From the NCBI GenBank assembly GCA_041687695.1, contig JAWLBL010000005.1, positions 100,382-164,381 of the forward strand: a stretch of 64,000 nucleotides of DNA. The letters are read 5' to 3'. The notes below the pieces were generated by a model. That model had not been told where the DNA came from, ran no database searches, and was given only the letters and a program-made list of their open reading frames with translations. The stretch comes from Myxococcota bacterium. Its GTDB lineage: Bacteria > Myxococcota_A > UBA9042 > PHBI01 > JAWLBL01. This document shows positions 40,709 to 49,946 of the stretch, piece after piece. Position numbers and translations under genes: made by a program. Every line of letters starts with the position of its first letter. The stretch's first letter is position 1.

Positions 40709-41232
40709 GGGGCTTCTCCGAGGCAGGCCTTCAAGGCCTCCGGGCAGGCGCCCGCCACACAGGGCCAGTCGTCGCAGCCGGCCTGCAGCCCGCAGGCGAG
40801 CAGGGCGTCATAGCGCTCGAGGGCGCTGCCCGTGGCCTGCTGCCGGCACACAAGCGCGCAGCCCGGGCCGCGCGGGGCGCAGGCGGCGACGCAGGCGTCG
40901 AGGTCGGCGCAGCCGAGGCCGGCCGGGGCGCACAGGCCGCCCTCGCAGACCTCGTCCGCTCCGCACGCCGGAGCGCAGCTCGGCGGCGGCGGCGCCGGGT
41001 CGCAGCCCGTGTCGGGGCAGGCGAGCGCGTCGGGGTGCACGCAGGCGGTGCGTCCGGGGCCGAGCTCGACGCACAGCTCGTCGGGGGCGCACTCGGGGTT
41101 GCAGGTCGGCGACGCGGGCGCGAGGACCGCCTCGGGGGCCTCCCCCTCGCAGGCGGCGGCGAGCAGCCACGAGACGAGGAGGGCGACGCAGGCGGCGCCC
41201 CGCGCCGCGTGGAGCGGCGGGTGGGGAGCCAT
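40705..41232 (-). CDS. Small Cys-rich lipoprotein
   Basis: Lipobox LAAAC; multiple CxPxC motifs; stop overlaps the peptidase GTG start. Confidence 0.7.
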   Translation of the reverse strand: MAPHPPLHAARGAACVALLVSWLLAAACEGEAPEAVLAPASPTCNPECAPDELCVELGPGRTACVHPDALACPDTGCDPAPPPPSCAPACGADEVCEGGLCAPAGLGCADLDACVAACAPRGPGCALVCRQQATGSALERYDALLACGLQAGCDDWPCVAGACPEALKACLGEAP

Positions 41233-41373
41233 CGTGGGCCTGGGTGGGGGCGTGTGAGGGGAAGGGCGCGCGCGTCGATGACCCGCGGAGACGGCCGTCC
41301 AGAGGACGGGCGGCACGGGGAGCCGACGCGACGGAGCCTTATGAGGTCATCCCACCGCAGGGAGGCTGGGCGA

Positions 41374-41970
41374 TCAAGGAAGGGGCTGCGTCTCGGCGGG
41401 CGCGTCGGACGGCGCGGCGGGCGGGGCCACCGTAACCTCTTGACACAAGGCGCGGAACGCGTCGCCGAGGGCGTCGGCCGCGTCGGCGTCGGCCAGACCG
41501 TCGCACGTCACGAGGCGCCCGGAGCGCCGGATGAGGTACACGACGCGCACCTCCTGGGGCTCGGCCGGGCTGCCGCCGCGGTCGAGGCGCACCTCGATGG
41601 CGCGCTCGAAGTGACGCTCGCCCGACACGCGCCAGCCGCGCGCCGCCAGCACGTCCTTGACCACGGCCGCCGCCTTGAGCGGGTCCTCGTCGGGGCCGTG
41701 CTCGACGTGGAGCCGCACGTCGCCCTCGGGCGAGGTCCCCTGCACGGCCGCCTCGAACCGGTGGATCACCAGATCGCGCTCGAGCGGCACGCTCAGCACC
41801 TGGTCTCGGCTGGCGACCCCGCTGGCCTTCGCCACCTCGGCCACCGCGTCCGCCGCCGGGGCGTTGGCGTCGCCCGCCGGTGGGCACCCCAGCAGCGCCA
41901 TCGCCCCCAGCCCCGCGCCCACGCGGCCCGCGATCGCGCGCCACTTGCCCGCGTCCGCGCCACCCGTCAT
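41374..41970 (-). CDS. Hypothetical lipoprotein
   Basis: MTGGADAGKWRAIAGRVGAGLGAMALLGC lipobox followed by a protein-like domain. Confidence 0.6.
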   Translation of the reverse strand: MTGGADAGKWRAIAGRVGAGLGAMALLGCPPAGDANAPAADAVAEVAKASGVASRDQVLSVPLERDLVIHRFEAAVQGTSPEGDVRLHVEHGPDEDPLKAAAVVKDVLAARGWRVSGERHFERAIEVRLDRGGSPAEPQEVRVVYLIRRSGRLVTCDGLADADAADALGDAFRALCQEVTVAPPAAPSDAPAETQPLP

Positions 41971-41979
41971 GCTGCGCCC

Positions 41980-44601
41980 GTGCCTGGCTGGTCCCATCGG
42001 TCCATCGCGCTCTCCGTGGCCGCCGCGGCGGTTGTCCTCGGCGCTTGTACCTCGCCCGACGCCGCCGCGCCACCCGCGACGACCTGCGATCCCGACCCCG
42101 CGGCCCACCTCGACGCGGCCGGCGTCCTGCCCGCCCCCGCGGACCCGCTGCTCCCGGCGCCGCTGCTCTACCCCGACGACAGCCTCCCGGGCTACCCGGG
42201 AGTCGTCGTCGACCCCGCCCCGCTCGCCCGCGGCGACCACCCGGTGCTGCGCTACTTCCTCGACCCCGTCCGCTGCGAGCTGGCCGGCGGCCCCTACATG
42301 TGGGCCCCGCCCCCGCCCGGCGCCGACGCCACGCCCGCCACGCGCCTCGTCGGCCGCACCGAGAACGCCAGCGCCACGCTCCACGCCCTGCTCGTCACCA
42401 GCCCCGACCCCGGCGCGGACGCGGATCTGTCCGCCTGGCACGACGCCCTGCTCGCCCTGGGCGCCGGCGGCGTCCACCTGCACGCCCCGACGCGCACCGA
42501 CCTCGAGCAGGCCCTCGCGACCCGCCTGTGCTTCGGGCTCGGCCCCGGCGACACCGCCCTGCTCGTGACCGCCGGCCGCGGCCTGCCGACCCAGGACGGC
42601 GGCGGCGCCTTCCTGCTGGGCGACGAGGCCATCTCCTACGGCCGCCTCGCGACGCAGCTGGGCCACGCCTGCGCCCAGGCCGGCCTCATCGTCTGGGTCG
42701 CCGACGCCAGCCACGCCGGGGCCGCTTCGTTGCCCGCCCTGCAGCCCGGCCGCGCGGGCGTCCTGTGGCGCGCCTCCGACGCCGCGGTCCCCGACGCCCC
42801 GCGCCTGGACGTCCACGGCGGCGGCGCCCTCGGCCGCGCCCTGGCCGATCACCTGGCCGACCACGCCGGCCGGCGCTGCCTGGCCGCCACCGACGCCACC
42901 CCGGGCGAGCTGCTCGCCGCCTTCACCCCGCCCGCGGCGGAGCTGCGCGCCCGCATGGCTGCCCTGCGCTGGGACCGGGTGGCCGAGCCGGCGCTCGCCG
43001 CCGCAGGCCTCGGCGCGGGCCAGGACGCCGACACCCGCGCCCGCCTCGCCGCCCTGCTCGACGCGCAGCTGCCCTACGCGCTGACCTCGGTCGCTGGCGA
43101 GCCGCTCGAGGGCGGCCGCTGCGTCGAGGCCGGGACCTGCATCCAGCTGGGCCAGGGCTGCGGCCTGACCGCCTGCGAGCGCTGGCAGTGCATCGACGGG
43201 CACTGCGTCCCGGGCGTCGTCCCCGGCCGCGACTGCGACGACGGCAACCCCTGCACCAAGGACGACGTCTGCAGCGCCTCGGGGCACTGCCAGGGCGCGC
43301 CGCGCACCTGCGACGACGGCAACCCCTGCACCGTCGACGGCTGCGAGGACGGCCTGGGCTGCGTCAGCGTGCCGCGCCCGGGCGGCGGCCCCTGCGACGA
43401 CGGCGACGCCTGCACCCAGGGCGACACCTGCGACGACGACGGCCTGTGCGTCGGCGCGCCGGTCACGTGCGACGACGGCGACCCCTGCACCAAGGACGCC
43501 TGCGACCCGGCCGAGGGCTGCACCTTCACGGCCGCCAAGCTGCCCTGCGACGACGGCGACCCCTGCACGCACCTGGACTTCTGCCTGTCCGGCACCTGCC
43601 GCGGGCTGCCCGTCGACTGCGACGACGGCGAGCCCTGCACCCTGGACGCCTGCGACTCGGCGACCGGCGAGTGCGCGCCCCTGCCCCTTCCCGACGGGGC
43701 CGGCTGCAGCGACGGCGACGTCTGCACGGCCCAGGACCGGTGCCTGGGCGGGGTCTGCACTGGCCTGCCGCTGCCCTGCGACGACGGGCTGCCGTGCACC
43801 CTCGACCTGTGCGACCAGGGGATCTGCACGCACCTGCCCATGCCCGGCACCTGCGCCACGGCCGCGGGCTGCATCCCGGTCGGACAGAAGGTCCCCGGCG
43901 ACCCCTGCCAGGTCTGCCAGGCCACCGCCAAGCTGGCCCCGGTGGCCGACGGCGCCGCCTGCGCGGACGACGGCGTCCCCTGCACGGCCGACTTCTGCTC
44001 GGGCGGCGTGTGCGTGCACCCCAACCAGCCCGGGACCTGCACCGGCCCGGACGGCCAATGCGTCCAGGTCGGCGAGTCGCTCGCGCCCTGCCTCGTCTGC
44101 AGCGCCACCGGCGTCGGCAGCCCGGCGGGGTTCGGCGCCCCCTGCGACGACGGCGATCCGTGCACGGACTACGACGCCTGCACGGCCGAGGGCGCCTGCG
44201 TCGGCGCCCCTCGCGGCTGCTGCCCCTCCGGCCCCGAGGCCGAGTGCGGCGTCCAGCTCACCGGCGATCTCGGCGACCCGGCCTTCCCCGCCCACATCTC
44301 CGACTGGAGCTGCCTGCCCGGCGTGCAGTTCTTCGGCACCGAGCACGCCCACCCCTTCGTCAGCCCCTGCGCCGGCACGCTGCAGCTGACCTTCACCGGC
44401 CCGCCCGGCGCGCTGCTCTTCGTCCTGCGCGGCGACCTCGACCAGTGCGGCCAGGCCCAATGCACGACCTACACCGGCGGCCCCATCGCCCAGCCCATCG
44501 CCGAGGGCGAGGCCGTGACCCTCATCGTCGACGGCCAGGCCCAGGTCCCCGGCCCCTACACCATCGACCTCCTCTGCCCCTGCGACCCCGTGTCGCCCTG
44601 A
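41980..44601 (+). CDS. Lipoprotein with degenerate caspase-like domain and CDDGxPCT Cys-rich repeats
   Basis: GTG start, lipobox VLGAC; GDTALLVTAGRG and VWVADASHAG segments; about ten CDDG(N/D)PCTxDxC-type repeats; C-terminal beta-sandwich-like segment. Confidence 0.75.
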   Translation: MPGWSHRSIALSVAAAAVVLGACTSPDAAAPPATTCDPDPAAHLDAAGVLPAPADPLLPAPLLYPDDSLPGYPGVVVDPAPLARGDHPVLRYFLDPVRCELAGGPYMWAPPPPGADATPATRLVGRTENASATLHALLVTSPDPGADADLSAWHDALLALGAGGVHLHAPTRTDLEQALATRLCFGLGPGDTALLVTAGRGLPTQDGGGAFLLGDEAISYGRLATQLGHACAQAGLIVWVADASHAGAASLPALQPGRAGVLWRASDAAVPDAPRLDVHGGGALGRALADHLADHAGRRCLAATDATPGELLAAFTPPAAELRARMAALRWDRVAEPALAAAGLGAGQDADTRARLAALLDAQLPYALTSVAGEPLEGGRCVEAGTCIQLGQGCGLTACERWQCIDGHCVPGVVPGRDCDDGNPCTKDDVCSASGHCQGAPRTCDDGNPCTVDGCEDGLGCVSVPRPGGGPCDDGDACTQGDTCDDDGLCVGAPVTCDDGDPCTKDACDPAEGCTFTAAKLPCDDGDPCTHLDFCLSGTCRGLPVDCDDGEPCTLDACDSATGECAPLPLPDGAGCSDGDVCTAQDRCLGGVCTGLPLPCDDGLPCTLDLCDQGICTHLPMPGTCATAAGCIPVGQKVPGDPCQVCQATAKLAPVADGAACADDGVPCTADFCSGGVCVHPNQPGTCTGPDGQCVQVGESLAPCLVCSATGVGSPAGFGAPCDDGDPCTDYDACTAEGACVGAPRGCCPSGPEAECGVQLTGDLGDPAFPAHISDWSCLPGVQFFGTEHAHPFVSPCAGTLQLTFTGPPGALLFVLRGDLDQCGQAQCTTYTGGPIAQPIAEGEAVTLIVDGQAQVPGPYTIDLLCPCDPVSP

Positions 44602-44620
44602 CCTCGGAGTCGCCCCCGAA

Positions 44621-45424
44621 ATGCCCGGCCTCGACCCGCGCGGCGCCCGCGTCCTGCTGACCGGCGCCTCCAGCGGCATCGGCGCCGCCGCCGCCCTCGC
44701 CTTCGCCCGCGCCGGCGCCCGCCTCCACCTCGTCGCCCGCCGCCGCGACCGCCTCGCCGCCGTCACCGACGCTTGCCGCGCCCTCGGCGCCGAGGCCCAC
44801 GCCCACGTCCTCGACGTCCGCGACCGCCCCGCCCTCTTCGCCCTGGCCGACGCCCTCGAGCCCACCGGCGGCGTCGACGTCGCCATCGCCAACGCCGGCG
44901 TCATGTCCCTCGGCCCGCTGCTCGACCTCACCTGGGACGAGCTGTCGCCCCAGCTCGACGTCAACCTCAACGGCCTCATCCACACCCTGCAGGCCTTCGG
45001 CCGCGGCATGCGCGCCCGCGGCCGCGGCGTCCTGATGCCCGTCTCCAGCGTCCTCGCCGTCCAGAGCCTGCCCAGCTACGGCCCCTACTGCGCCAGCAAG
45101 TTCGGCGTGCAGGCCGTCGCCGACGCCCTGCGCTGGGAGCTGCGCGGCACCGGCGTCGAGGTCGTCCACGTCCTGCCCGGCGCCACCGCCACCGAGCTGC
45201 ACGCCCACATGGACCCGGCCCGCGTCCCCAAGACCACCCGCCAGGCCGTCCGCGTCCCGCCCGAGCAGGTCGCCGCCTGCATGGTCCGCGCCGTCCGCCG
45301 CCCGCGCGCCAACGTCCTGTGCGACACCCGCGCCCGCCTGCTCTGGACCGGCAGGCGCCTGGTCCCCTGGCTGGTCGACGCCGTCGTCGGCCGCGTCACC
45401 CGGCCCCCCCGGAAGACCCCATGA
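44621..45424 (+). CDS. Short-chain dehydrogenase/reductase
   Basis: TGASSGIG, NAG, VSS and YCASK motifs. Confidence 0.93.
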   Translation: MPGLDPRGARVLLTGASSGIGAAAALAFARAGARLHLVARRRDRLAAVTDACRALGAEAHAHVLDVRDRPALFALADALEPTGGVDVAIANAGVMSLGPLLDLTWDELSPQLDVNLNGLIHTLQAFGRGMRARGRGVLMPVSSVLAVQSLPSYGPYCASKFGVQAVADALRWELRGTGVEVVHVLPGATATELHAHMDPARVPKTTRQAVRVPPEQVAACMVRAVRRPRANVLCDTRARLLWTGRRLVPWLVDAVVGRVTRPPRKTP

Positions 45425-47091
45425 GCACCGCCCCCACCGCGCCCCCCGCCGCCCCCTCACCCTCGCGCCGGCCCCCGCTCGCCGCCGAGGCCGCCGCCCT
45501 GGCCGCGACCTTCGCCCTGCTGGCCGTCTACGTGTCCCACGTCATCTGGGACATCGACGTCTTCTGGCACATCGCCGCCGGCCGCGCCTTCACCCAGCTG
45601 GGCGAGGTCCCGACCACCGACATCTTCACCGCCATCGACCCCGACCGCACCTGGGTCAGCTTCCAGTGGCTCTACCAGCTCGGCGTCTACCACCTCGAGC
45701 GGCTGGGCGGCCTGCAGCTGGTCCGCTTCGTCCACGCCGCCGTGATGTGGCTGGCCTTCCTCGGCTTCTACCACGCCTGCCGCCGCCGCCTGGCCCTCGG
45801 CGCCCTGCCCTCGCTGGTCCTGCTCGCCCTGCTGCTCGTCCTCTTCGAGGACCGCATCCGCGTGCGCCCCCACGTCTTCAACCTCGCGGCCATGGTCATC
45901 CTGCTCCCCTGGCTGGTCCGCGGCCCCGCCGCCCTCGGCCGCGCCGCCTGCCTCACCACCGCCGCCGTCGTCGCCGTCTGGGCCAACCTCCACGCCGGCG
46001 GCGCCTTCCTCTTCCTGGCCGCCGCCTCGGCCCTTCCGGTCGGCGCCGCCCTCCACGTCGCCTTCGGCGCCCCCGACGCGCGTCCCCAGCTGCGCCGCGC
46101 CCTCCTCTGGTACGCCTGCGCCCTGGTCCCCGCCCTGCTCTCGCCCCACTTCGTCCGCGGCACCTGGCAGGCCTTCACCCAGCTCGAGGGCAGCGAGACC
46201 GCCATCGGCGAGTGGTGGCCCGCCTGGTACTTCCTCGTGAACCCCTCGGCCCCCGCCCACTACCTGGCCGGCGCCTTCCCGACCCTGGTCCTGGTCCTGT
46301 GGCTGCTGGTCGCCGCCCCGGTCCTGGCCGCCCTGACCCGCGGCAGGGCCGCCGTCGCCGACGCCCTGACCCGCTACCCGGCCTGGGCGCTGGGCGTCTC
46401 GCTGGCCTTCATCGTGCTGGCCCACCGCTCGGTCCGCTTCATCTACGAGGCCGAGCTCGCCTTCCTCATCCTGTTGCCCCTGCTGGCCCACCGCATCGGC
46501 CACCTGCAGCCGCCGGCGCGCGTGCGTCCCTTCGTCCTCGCCGCCTACTTCCTGGGCCTGCACGCCCTGGCCTACCACTTCAACGTCGTGGCGCTACAGG
46601 GCGATCTCCCGACCGCCGTCCAGCGCGCCTTCGGCGACGAGCCCCTCGACACCCGCCGCTTCCCCACCGCCCAGGCCGACTTCCTGGCCCGCACCGGCTT
46701 TCGCGGCAACGTCTACGCCCAGGGCAACTGGGGCTCGTACCTGCTCTACCGCCTGTGGCCCGACGTCCGCGTCACCGCCGACGGCCGCGGCAACTACGCC
46801 GCCCAGGTCGCCGAGGACCTGGCCCTGACCTACGACCGCCGCGTCATGGCCGACCCGGACAGCGGCCCGCGCGTCGCCCAGGCCTACCAGCGCTACCCGG
46901 TCGACGCCATCGTGCACCAGCACCCCGTCTGGCCCGCCGGCTACCAGCCCGCCCCGAACCAGTTCCTCCGGGTCTTCTCCGACGGCAAGGGCGCCATCTG
47001 GGTCCGCAACACCCCGGCCGGCCAGGCCTACCTGGACCACCTGCAGACCCTGATGCGCGCCGGCCGCCCCCCCGCCCGCGCCCCGCACTGA
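45421..47091 (+). CDS. Polytopic membrane protein, GT-C glycosyltransferase-like
   Basis: ATGA overlap with the SDR; DVFWHIAAGR, RVRPH, WANLHAG, WGSYL and ADGR motifs; many TM helices. Confidence 0.7.
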   Translation: MSTAPTAPPAAPSPSRRPPLAAEAAALAATFALLAVYVSHVIWDIDVFWHIAAGRAFTQLGEVPTTDIFTAIDPDRTWVSFQWLYQLGVYHLERLGGLQLVRFVHAAVMWLAFLGFYHACRRRLALGALPSLVLLALLLVLFEDRIRVRPHVFNLAAMVILLPWLVRGPAALGRAACLTTAAVVAVWANLHAGGAFLFLAAASALPVGAALHVAFGAPDARPQLRRALLWYACALVPALLSPHFVRGTWQAFTQLEGSETAIGEWWPAWYFLVNPSAPAHYLAGAFPTLVLVLWLLVAAPVLAALTRGRAAVADALTRYPAWALGVSLAFIVLAHRSVRFIYEAELAFLILLPLLAHRIGHLQPPARVRPFVLAAYFLGLHALAYHFNVVALQGDLPTAVQRAFGDEPLDTRRFPTAQADFLARTGFRGNVYAQGNWGSYLLYRLWPDVRVTADGRGNYAAQVAEDLALTYDRRVMADPDSGPRVAQAYQRYPVDAIVHQHPVWPAGYQPAPNQFLRVFSDGKGAIWVRNTPAGQAYLDHLQTLMRAGRPPARAPH

Positions 47092-47180
47092 CCTTCTGCC
47101 AGCCGCTCCTCGACCGCGGCTGGCGCCTACCTTGTCGCGCACGATCTCGCGCCGTACGGTTGCCGCCTTGGAGGTCCACC

Positions 47181-47453
47181 ATGGCTTCAGACGCCGACGT
47201 CCCCGAGCGAGCGAGGCTCTACCTTCGCATCCCCGAGCATGTGAAGGCGCTGCTCGTCGAGGCCGCCGAATTGCAGGGCGTGTCGCTCGCGGACTTCGTC
47301 GTCGGTGCGGCCGAGTCGGCGGCGCGGAGGATCCTCGAGGAAGTCGACCTGCTCACGCTGGCCGAGCGCGACCAGGTCGCCTTCGCCGAGGCACTACTGA
47401 GGCCATTCGAGCCGGACCGGGCCCTTCCAGGAGACGCCGAGCGCAGCTCGTAG
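47181..47453 (+). CDS. DUF1778 (TacA-like) ribbon-helix-helix antitoxin
   Basis: GGAGG RBS; ARLYLRIPEHVKALLVEAAELQGVSLADFVVGAAESAARRILE...LAERDQVAFAEALL. Confidence 0.82.
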   Translation: MASDADVPERARLYLRIPEHVKALLVEAAELQGVSLADFVVGAAESAARRILEEVDLLTLAERDQVAFAEALLRPFEPDRALPGDAERSS

Positions 47454-47530
47454 CTGCTTCGATCAGCCCGTTCCGCTGTTCCTCGTCAAACCGGACACCG
47501 AGCCGCGGCTGAAGCCCGCCAGCGGCCGGG

Positions 47531-48619
47531 CTAGAGGATCCGCAACCCCGCCGAGAAGCCCGGCCACATGCGGACGTGCACGTCGGCGTCGGCGTCGGTG
47601 AGGTCCCAGGCGCCCAGCAGCGGGTCGACCAGCACGTCGGCGTGGTCGGTGACCTGCACGTTCAGCGTGGGACCGGCGTAGATGGCCAGCCCCTCGAGCA
47701 GCTTCACCGTGACGTGGGGCCGCAGGGCGCCGATGAACGCGCTCTCGGCCCGCTCCGTGCCGACGCCGGCCTTGACGGAGCTCAGATCCATCGCGATCTC
47801 GACCCGCTCCGACAGCTGCCGGCGCAGGCCCAGGCCCAGGCCGTAGGCGAACTTGGTCTCGTCGCCCAGCTGCGCGCCCACGTAGTAGACGTTGTAGAAG
47901 GCGCCGCTGCCGTGGCGGACGCCCGTCAGCAGCATGCCGGCGTCGGTCCCGACCAGCTCGCCGTCGGTCCAGCCCTCGGTGTAGACGTTCAGGAGGCCGA
48001 TGCCCGCCGAGGCGTTGCGCGCGATGTTGACCACGCCCAGCTGCAGGCCGTCCACGTCGCCGGTCGCGACGTTCAGCACGCCCAGCTGCACGCCGTCGAC
48101 CTCGCCCGCGGCGACGTTGACCACGCCCAGCTGAAGGCCGCGGACGTCCGCGCCGGAGAGGCTCACCGGGCCCAGCTGCAGGCCGTCGACGCCGCCCAGC
48201 GCCAGGTTCACCGGCGCCAGCTGGGCCCCGGCCAGGGCGCCCGTCGCCAGGTTGACGCCGCCCGCGATCTGCAGCGCCTTCACGTCGGACAGCACCACGT
48301 TGACGCCGCCCGCGATCTGCGCCCCGCGCACCTCGCCGGTGGCGATGTTGAAGCCCGCGGCCAGCTCGAAGGCGTCGATGCCGCCCGACAGGCCGCCGCC
48401 CAGGTTCAGCGAGGCGACCCGACGTCGCTCGGCGGCGGCCGTCGACGTGCCGACCATCGGGAAGAGGTCGAAGCCGAAGGGGATGGGGGCCGCGACGGGG
48501 GTCTCCGGCGCGGCCTCGACGACCGGAGCGGGCGCGGCGGGCGCGGGGGGCTCGCTGGCGAGGGCGCTGGTGGGCATGGACAGCGACAGGGCGAACGCGG
48601 CGATGCGGGGCAGGTTCAT
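47531..48619 (-). CDS. Exported protein with LA_2272-type GxQ(L/I)xxxN repeats and beta-barrel-like C-terminus
   Basis: Signal peptide; about 15-aa repeats (GAQIAGGVN, GLQLGVVNVA, GVQLGVLNVA). Confidence 0.75.
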   Translation of the reverse strand: MNLPRIAAFALSLSMPTSALASEPPAPAAPAPVVEAAPETPVAAPIPFGFDLFPMVGTSTAAAERRRVASLNLGGGLSGGIDAFELAAGFNIATGEVRGAQIAGGVNVVLSDVKALQIAGGVNLATGALAGAQLAPVNLALGGVDGLQLGPVSLSGADVRGLQLGVVNVAAGEVDGVQLGVLNVATGDVDGLQLGVVNIARNASAGIGLLNVYTEGWTDGELVGTDAGMLLTGVRHGSGAFYNVYYVGAQLGDETKFAYGLGLGLRRQLSERVEIAMDLSSVKAGVGTERAESAFIGALRPHVTVKLLEGLAIYAGPTLNVQVTDHADVLVDPLLGAWDLTDADADVHVRMWPGFSAGLRIL

Positions 48620-48673
48620 CTCGGGGCTCCAGGACGCGCGAGCGGCCCCATGCCGTCGCGGCGACGGGGCGAA

Positions 48674-48702
48674 CGTTTAGCCATCGGCCTAATTCGAGTC
48701 AA
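48674..48702 (-). promoter_or_regulatory. Putative sigma70 promoter for the repeat protein gene
   Basis: Minus-strand TTGACT-N17-TAAACG. Confidence 0.45.
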
Positions 48703-48758
48703 CCAAAACATTAGCCCATTGACTAACCATCCAGCGGAATGATTAGTTATCCACCTAA
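48677..48758. promoter_or_regulatory. Three palindromic TTAG-N8-CTAA operator-like boxes
   Basis: 48677-48692, 48711-48726 and 48743-48758, in an AT-rich divergent intergenic region. Confidence 0.75.
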
Positions 48759-49858
48759 TGATGACGACACGCACCCCGCCGCCCTGGTCCTTCGCCGAGT
48801 CCATCGCCGCCGAGCTCGACTTCGCGCTCAGCCTCAGCGTGGCCGAGGGCCTGCGATCCGCGGTCCCGTCCTTCGAGCCGGCCACCCGCGATCTGTCTCC
48901 CGACTGGCTCGCCCAGGGGCACGAGCTGTTCGGGCGTCTGTCGAGCGACTTCTCCAACGTGCTCCTGCGCCTGGCGACGGCGACCGGCCTCGAGCTCGAG
49001 GGTGACTACGGCGCCTGCACCCTGCGGCTGCGCGACCTCAGCCCCGCCGACCTGACCGACGCGCTGGCCCGGGCGGCCCGCGCGCTGGACCTCGAGCCCT
49101 GGGCCGACCCCGCCCAGGGCCTTGTCGAGCTGGTCCTCGCCCTGCGGGCCCCGCTCGAGCTGGTCACCAACCGCGCCGGCCTCGAGATCATGCGGCGCGA
49201 GGCGGCCTTCTCCCTGCGCGTGCTGCGCGGCGGCGACGAGCACAGCCGCTTCTGGCACTGGGTCGACCGCTTCTACTACGAGACCTACCGCCCCTGGCGC
49301 CTCACCCGCGAGCCCTTCATGACCACCGAGCGCGAGCGCGCCCTCGCCGCCCTCTCCCTGCCGCCCGCGCCCGGCGCGCCGCTGCGCCTCGACTGGCTGC
49401 CGCCCCAGAACCCCGTCAACCAGATCGGCGCCCTGGGCGACCTCGTCCGCTCGGGCGCCATGCCGCTCGTCTTCTGGGTCGAGCCCTTCGGCACCTGGGA
49501 CTACCTCGACCCCTTGCCCGGCGGCGCCCTCGTCAGCTTCTGCACCCCCGGCGAGGCCTACGAGGCCTTCCGCCGCCTCTCGGCCGACCTCGCCGGCCGC
49601 CTCAAGGCCCTGTCCGACCCGACCCGCCTCGTCATGCTGCGCTTCGTCCGCCAGCACGAGGTCGACAACTCCCAGATCGCCGGCTACCTCGAGGTCTCGA
49701 ACCCCACCATCAGCGTCCACGCCAAGCTCCTGCGCGAGGCCGGCCTCATCCAGACCCGCCGCCGCGGCCGCAGCGTCGTCCACGACCTCGACGAGGCGGC
49801 CGTCCGCGCCCTCCTCCGCGAGCTGCAGACCTTCCTCGGCCTCGCCCCCGAGCCCTGA
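48758..49858 (+). CDS. ArsR/SmtB-family regulator with large N-terminal domain and C-terminal winged HTH
   Basis: LKALSDPTRLVMLRFV...SQIAGYLEVSNPTISVHAKLLREAGLIQTRRRGRSV. Confidence 0.85.
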   Translation: MMTTRTPPPWSFAESIAAELDFALSLSVAEGLRSAVPSFEPATRDLSPDWLAQGHELFGRLSSDFSNVLLRLATATGLELEGDYGACTLRLRDLSPADLTDALARAARALDLEPWADPAQGLVELVLALRAPLELVTNRAGLEIMRREAAFSLRVLRGGDEHSRFWHWVDRFYYETYRPWRLTREPFMTTERERALAALSLPPAPGAPLRLDWLPPQNPVNQIGALGDLVRSGAMPLVFWVEPFGTWDYLDPLPGGALVSFCTPGEAYEAFRRLSADLAGRLKALSDPTRLVMLRFVRQHEVDNSQIAGYLEVSNPTISVHAKLLREAGLIQTRRRGRSVVHDLDEAAVRALLRELQTFLGLAPEP

Positions 49859-49946
49859 GCCTGGCTCCTCGAGTTCAGCCCCGAGGGCGTCGCTTGCGGC
49901 GCCGGCCCGTAGGTGGGAAGGTGCGCCCCCTTCGGAGGGTGTCGAG

